The notes under the pieces are model-generated. The model worked only from the letters and a program-made list of their open reading frames with translations. It had not been told where the DNA came from and made no database searches. The position numbers and the translations under genes were made by a program. A stretch of DNA of 64,000 bases from Escherichia phage AV119: sequence record OR352949.1. The stretch is one strand, 5' to 3'. Of the stretch, positions 33,715-44,062 are shown piece by piece. Position 1 is the stretch's first letter; the number at the start of each line of letters is the position of its first letter.

Positions 33715-33716
33715 AA

Positions 33717-34049
33717 TTATTTTACTACTTTCCAATGCTGCATGTCAAGTTTACCAACTTTTTTCATCTTCTCAATTAAGCGTTCGGCACGTTGGCGAGC
33801 TGTAACATAATGCCATTCGCCTAATTCATTTTGTTCAATTTTTCCAACGATTACTGTATTCAATTCATAAATCCAACCAGTAAAGAAATTATGAACTTGA
33901 ATTGTAAAGGTGAAATCTGTTCCCATACCTTCTGTTGTTTCTACTTCAATAATATCACCTTCAACTGCCATTAAGAACCACATAGTTTCATCATATTTAC
34001 CATTGAAGCATTTAGTTTTAACTGCAGCGTTCAGATTAATCGTTTTCAT
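33717..34049 (-). CDS. hypothetical protein
   Basis: 110-aa ORF with early promoter upstream. Confidence 0.55.
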   Translation of the reverse strand: MKTINLNAAVKTKCFNGKYDETMWFLMAVEGDIIEVETTEGMGTDFTFTIQVHNFFTGWIYELNTVIVGKIEQNELGEWHYVTARQRAERLIEKMKKVGKLDMQHWKVVK

Positions 34050-34076
34050 TTTATTCTCCTTTGTTTGTGTAAGATA

Positions 34077-34106
34077 ATACTATCACAAAGGAACCATACT
34101 GTAAAC
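34077..34106 (-). promoter_or_regulatory. putative early promoter
   Basis: minus strand GTTTAC then TAGTAT about 18 nt later. Confidence 0.45.
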
Positions 34107-34128
34107 AACTTTGTGCAATCTTTGGAAA

Positions 34129-34157
34129 ATAAAAAAGGACTCCCGAAGGAGTCCTCA
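34129..34157 (-). terminator. terminator after the small basic ORF
   Basis: ggactccTTCGggagtcc then T-run on minus strand. Confidence 0.65.
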
Positions 34158-34159
34158 AC

Positions 34160-34336
34160 TTATGCTTTCTGCTTACCAAAACGAGAAGCATCATCTCGAA
34201 GAACCGCACGTGCTCGGCGCATGATCTTCTCAACAGTTTGATTGATACGAGAGTTCGACCCACGCTTGTAGCCAGCGCGTTTAGAATCACCAACTTTCTT
34301 TTCAACTGCTTTCTTTGCTTTAACTTGTTTTGCCAT
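34160..34336 (-). CDS. small highly basic protein (58 aa from MAKQVKAKK...)
   Basis: K/R-rich ORF followed by hairpin terminator; alternative upstream ATG at 34378. Confidence 0.5.
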   Translation of the reverse strand: MAKQVKAKKAVEKKVGDSKRAGYKRGSNSRINQTVEKIMRRARAVLRDDASRFGKQKA

Positions 34337-34580
34337 TATAAATTCTCTTTTAAATGAAAATGCAGGACTTATTGGCATTGCCTGCGCAAGCCCTCAAGGG
34401 AACATAGGTTTTTGGATATTTAACGACCAGGATAACCATAAACCCGTCATCATTCACATTCAAGAGGTACACCATAAAACTGCCGGGGTCTTAAAACTAT
34501 AATGATTCGCAAATCATTAATCAGACAGTTCGATGGCTCCTCGATTTTAGCTCACACTAAGGCAGTGAATCTCCAATAAA

Positions 34581-34829
34581 TTACTTCAATGTTACCACAA
34601 AGTGACGAACTGCTTTTCGTGCAGCAGAAGCCAGAGGCTTAGCATACTTAAGTTCATCTTTTTCCTGGAGCTCAGCAGCTAATGCAGTTTGAGCAGGATT
34701 CAGATGTTTGAAATAACGCAGGATTTCAAGAGCTTCGGCTTCAACATCAATAGATGCGCCATAGTTTTCGTGACCATTATTCCATGCGTTTCGTTGCAGT
34801 TCAAGAGCGTGTTGTAATTGTTTAATCAT
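34581..34829 (-). CDS. rIII: rIII lysis-inhibition accessory protein
   Basis: 82 aa as T4 rIII; position next to gene 31. Confidence 0.8.
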   Translation of the reverse strand: MIKQLQHALELQRNAWNNGHENYGASIDVEAEALEILRYFKHLNPAQTALAAELQEKDELKYAKPLASAARKAVRHFVVTLK

Positions 34830-34968
34830 TTAAAAATTCTCGTTAGAGATTAAAACTCGGTAGTCACGTTCTTCTGAATTTCATCTTCTTTCGACAGATC
34901 TCTCAGTTGTAGACTACCACATAGAATTGTTCGGTTAACTTATTATTCCGACACCCAATTCATATTAT

Positions 34969-34976
34969 TATTTATA
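34969..34976 (-). promoter_or_regulatory. late-type promoter upstream of rIII (long leader)
   Basis: minus-strand TATAAATA just after gene 31 stop. Confidence 0.5.
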
Positions 34977-35312
34977 TCACTTATAAAGACACGGAATAGC
35001 TTTATAGTGACAGGTAACGAATTTTTGTTTAATTTCTTTTGGCTGCTTAAGACCCAGAGCTACAAAAGGATGCGGAACGTTTCGAATTTGACCAACTGGA
35101 AGAGAAGTCAAATCACCAACTTCACAAAAACCTTCAGGAACATCAGGACCGACAGAGTGAATTACACACAGTTCAGGAACTTCACCTTGGACACGTTTAC
35201 CGATAATAAGTCCTGATTCTGTAACTTCTTCATCACCGGCTTGTGCAGGTTCAGAAACTAAAATAACATATTCACCGACAGCACGAATTGGTAGCTGTTG
35301 TACTTCAGACAT
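34977..35312 (-). CDS. 31: gp31 co-chaperonin (GroES-like) for capsid folding
   Basis: 111 aa as T4 gp31. Confidence 0.9.
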   Translation of the reverse strand: MSEVQQLPIRAVGEYVILVSEPAQAGDEEVTESGLIIGKRVQGEVPELCVIHSVGPDVPEGFCEVGDLTSLPVGQIRNVPHPFVALGLKQPKEIKQKFVTCHYKAIPCLYK

Positions 35313-35368
35313 CGTTTTTCCTTTTTGTTAACAGATGAATTAATAATAACAAATAATTCTTAAAGCAT

Positions 35369-35677
35369 TTATTTACCAATAAATTGAAGCAAATGCTCAA
35401 CTTTCATACCATTAACAGAAATCAATTTGTCAATAGAAAAACCTCGCCATGCGCCAAGTTCAACATCAAATATTGGAATCATGTCAGTAGATTCTTTCCG
35501 AGTAGATTCAGTCAATTTACCAGTTTGCATGGTTGGCATAAAGTCTGCATCACGCGTACCTTTCATAGTACGAATAGTACCATCAGACTTTTCAAAAACT
35601 ACGTTTGAAACACCCATGGACAGTTTAGTTTTCAAAATTTCACGAATTGCTACTTTCTGCTCAGTTGTCAGTTTCAT
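35369..35677 (-). CDS. hypothetical protein (31.1 position)
   Basis: 102-aa ORF. Confidence 0.55.
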   Translation of the reverse strand: MKLTTEQKVAIREILKTKLSMGVSNVVFEKSDGTIRTMKGTRDADFMPTMQTGKLTESTRKESTDMIPIFDVELGAWRGFSIDKLISVNGMKVEHLLQFIGK

Positions 35678-35914
35678 TTATTTACCTATCACAGTTTTAA
35701 TATGAGTTGTTCCACGTTCTTTAAGGGTGGAAAGTAATTTTTGGCATTTTTCTAAATCAGATTTCCAACTATATGGTCTATCAATACTAGTCCAATCAGT
35801 TTTATAATACTGTTTCCATTTAGAGAAAAAATATTTCTTATACTCTACAGCAAATGAGATGTTCTCGTTAGAATAAGAACTAATTGCTGTGAGCTTTACC
35901 AAACGAAATTTCAT
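35678..35914 (-). CDS. hypothetical protein (31.2 position)
   Basis: 78-aa ORF. Confidence 0.5.
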   Translation of the reverse strand: MKFRLVKLTAISSYSNENISFAVEYKKYFFSKWKQYYKTDWTSIDRPYSWKSDLEKCQKLLSTLKERGTTHIKTVIGK

Positions 35915-36495
35915 TATTCACCGCAGAATTCGTTGATATTTTCCCAGTTTAACTTATTCAAGTTTTTCTTAGGAACATTAAACACTTCAATACCTGCATT
36001 TCGCAGAATATCATCCCAACCAGGTTTATTTTTGTCGTATGTTTCACAATAAACCAGCTTTTTAATACCAGATTGAGCTATCGCTTTTGCGCAATCTGGG
36101 CAAGGAGAAAGTGTTACATACATAGTAGCACCTTCAATAGAAGAACCATTTCGTGCAGCAAACAAAATTGCATTTAGTTCAGCATGAATTTCATTTTTAG
36201 ATGACCATTCCGAGTGAGCACTACGATGTTCTTTCGCCAAAACAAAACGATCAGTTGAACCAAATGATACGCATTCAGGCTTATGACCTTGAATGATAGT
36301 ATGTTTAGGCTTATTCAACAACCAACCTTGCTCAGCAGCATAATCACAACAGTTCACACCCCCTGCGGGGGAACCATTATACCCAGTAGAAATAATACGT
36401 CCATTCTTTTCAATTACTGCTCCTACCTTCCAGGAGCAACATTTTGATTCCTGCGATACTAAATATGCAATTTGAAGTACTGTACTCGCTTTCAT
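35914..36495 (-). CDS. cd: dCMP deaminase
   Basis: 193 aa; zinc motifs HAE...PCPDC. Confidence 0.95.
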   Translation of the reverse strand: MKASTVLQIAYLVSQESKCCSWKVGAVIEKNGRIISTGYNGSPAGGVNCCDYAAEQGWLLNKPKHTIIQGHKPECVSFGSTDRFVLAKEHRSAHSEWSSKNEIHAELNAILFAARNGSSIEGATMYVTLSPCPDCAKAIAQSGIKKLVYCETYDKNKPGWDDILRNAGIEVFNVPKKNLNKLNWENINEFCGE

Positions 36496-36830
36496 TTCAT
36501 AATCACCAGATAAGCAGATTTAGCAGTTTCAACACGATAAATTTCGTGACGAAGTTTAGTTATACTTTTAATAACAGAACTAATTATATTCTGTCCGTCT
36601 TTAAAGCGGTTTTTCTTATCAATAAAAATTGCACCAGTCATCTTTTTGTGAAGCTCAACTGGATACTTCGTCACAATAATAGCATCATACACAGAAGGAT
36701 GAATACTATTCACCAGAGTATCATTCATTAAAGTTATTCTAATGAACTTTGCTGTTTCAGAGTCAAGCGCTCTATGATCACCAGTATCGTTTTCAAGACA
36801 ATTATCAATTATATCAGTTAAATTCATCAT
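36492..36830 (-). CDS. hypothetical protein
   Basis: 112-aa ORF. Confidence 0.5.
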   Translation of the reverse strand: MMNLTDIIDNCLENDTGDHRALDSETAKFIRITLMNDTLVNSIHPSVYDAIIVTKYPVELHKKMTGAIFIDKKNRFKDGQNIISSVIKSITKLRHEIYRVETAKSAYLVIMK

Positions 36831-37063
36831 AGTACGCCATACACCCTTTGTGCTTCAACTAATCCATCAAAATCCAATTTGAGATGTGTTATTTGGTCAC
36901 CATCACCTGGATTCACAATTACTAATACTGAACGAGGAGTTTCGGTAATAACACGAACCGATGTTTCTGGAAATCGTTCAGAAACCTTATTTACCAATTC
37001 CTGAGCAAATAGTTTAACTTTTTCTTGGAATTCTTTAACAGTAATTGGTTTTTCACTTAGCAT
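36827..37063 (-). CDS. hypothetical protein
   Basis: 78-aa ORF. Confidence 0.5.
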   Translation of the reverse strand: MLSEKPITVKEFQEKVKLFAQELVNKVSERFPETSVRVITETPRSVLVIVNPGDGDQITHLKLDFDGLVEAQRVYGVL

Positions 37064-37093
37064 TTTGTTTTCCTCATTTGTTTGGTAGAGCTA

Positions 37094-37122
37094 TAATATC
37101 ACAACTCTACCATAAAGTAAAC
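37094..37122 (-). promoter_or_regulatory. putative early promoter
   Basis: minus strand GTTTAC-N17-ATATTATAG; flanked by GGTAGAG/CTCTACC. Confidence 0.5.
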
Positions 37123-37124
37123 CA

Positions 37125-37406
37125 TTAAATTGCTTTGAATTCTGATGTCTGTGATTCAAAGCGAATATCGCCTTTGATGACTAGCTCAGCATCAAGACCG
37201 AATACGACAATGATATGCGCGGAACCCGGATACAGTTGAATAACAACAGAATCTACTTGATCAGGAAGCAAAGTGTTCAATACATGAGTCACTTGAGCAT
37301 GAATTCGAAGCTCGGCTGCGTTATCAAGCTTTTCAAACATATTATTAGCGATAATTTGACTAAACACTACTTCTACGATTTTAGAATAAGTCGGAAACAT
37401 ATTCAC
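37125..37406 (-). CDS. hypothetical protein
   Basis: 93-aa ORF. Confidence 0.5.
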   Translation of the reverse strand: MNMFPTYSKIVEVVFSQIIANNMFEKLDNAAELRIHAQVTHVLNTLLPDQVDSVVIQLYPGSAHIIVVFGLDAELVIKGDIRFESQTSEFKAI

Positions 37407-37595
37407 CCCACATAATTTTCTTCAAGCCAATTAATAACATCCAACGCATTATCAAAAGTTGAACCATCTACTATGTCTTCTGTTTCATAATCAAGAATAT
37501 CTAAGTCTATTCTTCCATCAACAATAGGCCATAAACAAAATAGATATTTCTTTTCTTTTTCAATTTTATCGCAAAGTTGATAAATCTTTTCTATG

Positions 37596-37603
<8 letters not shown>
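37403..37603 (-). CDS. hypothetical protein
   Basis: 66-aa ORF. Confidence 0.5.
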
Positions 37604-38695
<1,092 letters not shown>

Positions 38696-38923
38696 TTATT
38701 TTTTCTCAACTAATGATTGAATATAATCATGCAGATCTTTAGATGCTTTGCCCCACTTATTTTGGTATTCATTTTTAAGATTAGCACGTGATTGAGCTAA
38801 TAAAACATCATTAGTTGGAGGTAAAGATTCTAATCGCTGAATCTGGCGTCCATAAATCATTGCAGCCATCTCGGATTCATAAATCAATCCTTTGAGATGT
38901 TCAAATTGATGCCATGAAATCAT
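38696..38923 (-). CDS. hypothetical protein (pseT.1 position)
   Basis: 75-aa ORF. Confidence 0.5.
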   Translation of the reverse strand: MISWHQFEHLKGLIYESEMAAMIYGRQIQRLESLPPTNDVLLAQSRANLKNEYQNKWGKASKDLHDYIQSLVEKK

Positions 38924-39219
38924 TTACATTTATCCTCTTTTAACTCTTGACGATAATAACATATCATAGTTTTCTGGTCGTGTACATATCGTTTTACATC
39001 ATTAAGCCAAATACGAAATTCCTGAGAATCTTCAAATGGCATACCGACCCAAGCTTTACCATCAATAACTTTAACTTGCCAAGATAATTTAGCTTCGTCA
39101 TATGACTTTATTTGTACAGGCCAATTAGGATGAACTGTTTCTTTCTTTACTTCTAGAGGCTTTGTCGAACAACCAACTAGAAGACCAATAGATAATATTA
39201 CTGCTGATAGTTTAATCAT
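38920..39219 (-). CDS. outer-membrane lipoprotein, o-spanin-like (pseT.2 position)
   Basis: signal peptide with lipobox LLVGC. Confidence 0.7.
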   Translation of the reverse strand: MIKLSAVILSIGLLVGCSTKPLEVKKETVHPNWPVQIKSYDEAKLSWQVKVIDGKAWVGMPFEDSQEFRIWLNDVKRYVHDQKTMICYYRQELKEDKCK

Positions 39220-39569
39220 TTAGAAAGGTCCTGGATGTCTTCTGCGAACTTGTTGAAGGAGTTGTTGATTTGTTTTTCAACCAATCCTGGCTTATGAGCC
39301 ACCACATCCGCCTTCTTTGCATCTTTGCGCAGTTTTTCATTTTCACGCTCAATAGCAGCAATTGCCTCACGATTTTTATTATTCATCGCATCAATATAAT
39401 TATACTGAATTCGCAAATTATTTAATGCTAAGGCGTTTTCATTGGCCGTTTTTGTAATTTCAGTAACTGATGTTTCTAATCTTTCTACCTTATTTTTTAA
39501 AATAATAGATGTTCCGCCAAATGCTATTACAAGTAATAGCAATCCAGCTGTAAAATTACTTACATGCAT
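39216..39569 (-). CDS. inner-membrane anchored coiled-coil protein, i-spanin-like (pseT.3 position)
   Basis: N-terminal TM helix then coiled coil; adjacent to lipoprotein. Confidence 0.7.
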   Translation of the reverse strand: MHVSNFTAGLLLLVIAFGGTSIILKNKVERLETSVTEITKTANENALALNNLRIQYNYIDAMNNKNREAIAAIERENEKLRKDAKKADVVAHKPGLVEKQINNSFNKFAEDIQDLSK

Positions 39570-40066
39570 AAAGTTTTAATAACCTCTATAATATCGTCTT
39601 GAGAAAGACCGTTAATTAAAATATGATGTTCAGCTGGAGATTTAGAAATTTTAAAGCATGCCTCAACATCTTCTGCCATATCCGATGCACTACGATTTGG
39701 ATTACTAATTCCAAGACGATGCTTTCCAGTCAAAGGATTAACGATGATATAGCATTTACAACTATTGATATGAACATTAGGTTGAGTCTGATTAATAAAT
39801 ACATCACAATCATATTTCGCAAGCTGATTTTCTAAAAAGACTTTCATCTCTTCAACCGCATCAGGAAGCATATCACGGGCTTGCTCAAGACGACGATTTC
39901 GATATTCTTTAATGGTCGTTTTCCGCTTGACTTGCTTAGCTAAATCTTTCTTAAGATCGGTGATATATCCAACTCGACGGTTTCCTTTAAATACAGAAAT
40001 CCCATCTGTAGTATCACCGTATGCTTCAACGACCATTTCAGTAGTAATTAGCTGCAAATCCATCAT
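39560..40066 (-). CDS. alc: Alc, inhibitor of host transcription on cytosine DNA
   Basis: 168 aa (T4 167); position; early promoter upstream. Confidence 0.8.
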   Translation of the reverse strand: MMDLQLITTEMVVEAYGDTTDGISVFKGNRRVGYITDLKKDLAKQVKRKTTIKEYRNRRLEQARDMLPDAVEEMKVFLENQLAKYDCDVFINQTQPNVHINSCKCYIIVNPLTGKHRLGISNPNRSASDMAEDVEACFKISKSPAEHHILINGLSQDDIIEVIKTLCM

Positions 40067-40071
40067 AAAGT

Positions 40072-40124
40072 CCTCATGTTATGTCAGTAAGACTACTATA
40101 ACACAACACGAGGGACTTGTAAAC
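40072..40124 (-). promoter_or_regulatory. early promoter plus leader for alc, 53-bp copy 2
   Basis: 53/53 identity with 26775-26827. Confidence 0.65.
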
Positions 40125-40127
40125 AGC

Positions 40128-41715
<1,588 letters not shown>

Positions 41716-41742
41716 AATAAAATGGGCCTTGCGGCCCACTCC

Positions 41743-42245
41743 TTAAAAATATTTTTTAAAACTCATCATAACTTTATCATCAACATCATTATCAATCTGT
41801 GCTACAAGGTAAGATGACAGTTCTACTTCTTGCGGTGCAGATTGAACATTATCAGAATTAAGATATTCACGAATCCAAGGATACGGATGTTTAACCGGAG
41901 CATCGGTAATTGGGCATGGAAGACCACATTGTTTCATACGAGATACAGTTAAGTAATCAATAAAGCTCCACATGCTATTTGTATTTAATCCAGGAACATC
42001 GCCGTCTTTAAATAAATGAACTGCCCAATCTTTTTCTTGGCGGTTAACTTCCATGAAAATATCAACTGCTTCTTGTTCACACTCTTGAGCAATTTTAACC
42101 CATTCATCGCCATCAGTACCGGATTGAAGTTGACGAATAATATATTGAGTGCCTTTAAGGTGAAGCTGCTCATCACGTGCAATGAACTTCATAATCTTGG
42201 CATTACCTTCCATGATTTCCATGTTCTTATGGAAGTTAAAGGTAC
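41743..42245 (-). CDS. nrdB: ribonucleotide reductase small subunit NrdB, exon 2
   Basis: splice junction completes Cys codon (t + gt) giving SFAC-TFNFHKNMEIMEGNAK...RDEQLH, matching class Ia R2 spacing. Confidence 0.85.
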
Positions 42246-42380
42246 CGTATGTTCGATTGAGCTCGCTAATTCTCAACCCGTTCTCTTATGAACTGCTGCA
42301 TGTTACCATGCAGTCCAGACTATATCACAATCCCGGAGGGATTCTCCCCATTTCGAGTCGCTTGACCCTACGTCCGAAGA

Positions 42381-43190
42381 CTAGTCGTTGAACCTTGTTT
42401 TGCAATTGTCGCCGTGCCATCGTTTATATGTTGATGGTGATAAATCTTTCTTACCACAATATGGACAATTCAATTGAATTCTATTTGGATTTAATTTACA
42501 TCTGTCATTATGTTTTAGATAAAATCCAGGACCTTTACCAATGTGACCACAGAAATCACATGTGATTTCTTTTTGTGCAGGATGGGTCCCGTTCTTAACC
42601 ATTTCTAATGTTTTTGCTGATGTTCTTTTCTTATGGTCTTCTGATAAGAAATGATGTGAACCGTCATTTACCCGTTTTGATTGAGTTTCTGACTGCATTT
42701 TACCACCGCAAAATACATGAGTACCTTCTTTTATAGCTGCAATATTGCGTTCTTTAACTTTTGCAATATGCTCAGCTTGTTGAAAATTATGTATACCTAA
42801 TGCAACTCTATTTAAATTAGATTTACGCTGTATTTCACCATCTAAAAGATGAAATGTACCATTTTCTATCTTAGATTTAATAGAGGCAATATTTTTAGCT
42901 CGTACTTCAGGGATATTAAAAATCTGGATTTCTCTAGATTTTGCGGCTTTAGAAGCTAATTCAGAAATTTCTTCAGGAGAATATTTCATTCTAAGCTTTA
43001 TAGCATGACAAGCCTGATAATCTTTTTGAGCTAAATGTATATCATAATGTTCCTGTATAGAAAGGCACATCAAATTATCTAAATCATTATTTTCACGGTT
43101 ACCGTCTTTATGATGGATTTCGTATGTTCTTCCATCAGAATCTTTAGGTATAGGTCCGTTAGCATCTATCCAAATTTTTCTATAGTTCAA
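42381..43190 (-). CDS. intron-encoded HNH homing endonuclease (I-TevIII-like, 269 aa)
   Basis: inside intron; EIHHKDGNRENNDLDNL HNH motif; TATAAATA 28 nt upstream. Confidence 0.85.
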   Translation of the reverse strand: MNYRKIWIDANGPIPKDSDGRTYEIHHKDGNRENNDLDNLMCLSIQEHYDIHLAQKDYQACHAIKLRMKYSPEEISELASKAAKSREIQIFNIPEVRAKNIASIKSKIENGTFHLLDGEIQRKSNLNRVALGIHNFQQAEHIAKVKERNIAAIKEGTHVFCGGKMQSETQSKRVNDGSHHFLSEDHKKRTSAKTLEMVKNGTHPAQKEITCDFCGHIGKGPGFYLKHNDRCKLNPNRIQLNCPYCGKKDLSPSTYKRWHGDNCKTRFND

Positions 43191-43217
43191 TTGTGCATCC
43201 TCTTAAAAGTATAATCA

Positions 43218-43225
43218 TATTTATA
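43218..43225 (-). promoter_or_regulatory. late promoter inside the nrdB intron driving the HNH ORF
   Basis: minus-strand TATAAATA 28 nt before ATG 43190. Confidence 0.65.
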
Positions 43226-43335
43226 TTATACTAATTAAAGGTGCAAGCAAAACCTTGGCTGCTAGTTTTCCTATAAAGGACTTTCCAGCAATTAAAGGAG
43301 TTTTCGATAAACGTTACCGTTTAAAGGCGCATTTT

Positions 43336-44011
43336 ACGCAAAAGATACATAAAAACGAATAGCTTCCAATGCGTTGATTACATGGAGGCAAAGGTAAAGA
43401 GATTTCATTAAAGCACGTTTAGCTTCGGCTTCTTGTTTAATAGCTCGGTTTAAACGAAAGACGGCATCAGGAGATTCTTTAGCTAGTTCTACAAATTCTT
43501 TAGCATTTTCCCATTCACGGGTTTTAATCAGAACATCATCATAATAACGTCCAATGGATTCAGCACGTTTCATAATAGCTTCATCTAATACAATTTCATC
43601 AAATACCTTCGATGGATCAGTATAAAGATTTCGCATGATATGAGTATATGAACGACTGTGAATAGTTTCACTAAAAGTCCATGTAGCAACCCATGTATCA
43701 AGGCTTGGGTCTGAAATTAATGGCATAAGTACAGCAGACGGCGCACGACCTTGAATACTATCAAGTAATGATTGATACTTCAGATTATTAGTAAAAATAT
43801 TTTGTTGATACTGAGGAAGCTTATTAAATTGAGTAGCATCCATCATTAAGTTTACTTCTTCAGGACGCCAGAAAAATGACAACTGCTTTTCGGTTAAATC
43901 TTCAAAAACTTTATGACGTTGAATATCATAACGCGCAATACCAAGACCTGAACCAAAAAACATAGGTTCTTTTAAAACATCAACTGGATTTGTATTAAAA
44001 ACTGTGCTCAT
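43336..44011 (-). CDS. nrdB: ribonucleotide reductase small subunit NrdB, exon 1
   Basis: 225 codons ending ...LEAIRFYVSFA; R2 signature. Confidence 0.9.
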
Positions 44012-44062
44012 AAATTTTCCGCTTAGTTAATAGTTGGTGACTCGTCCGTGAGTCAAATTATA

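Larger units (their letters stand above)
42246..43335 (-). mobile_element. group I self-splicing intron in nrdB (1090 nt) carrying a full-length HNH ORF
   Basis: exon 1 ends ...gcg-u, intron starts aaaaugcgcc (GCGC pairs exon GCGU); intron ends on G before gtacc; frame offset of exons requires 3n+1 intron. Confidence 0.8.

Noticed and set aside
34337-34580. Possible tRNA or small RNA gene in the large spacer
   Set aside because: No acceptor-stem / T-loop arrangement found by eye; kept only as a low-interest finding
41743-42276. Track ORF start MRISELNRTYG... as the NrdB exon 2 N-terminus
   Set aside because: The first 10 codons are intron sequence read in frame (TTG start); the exon begins at 42245 after the intron's terminal G
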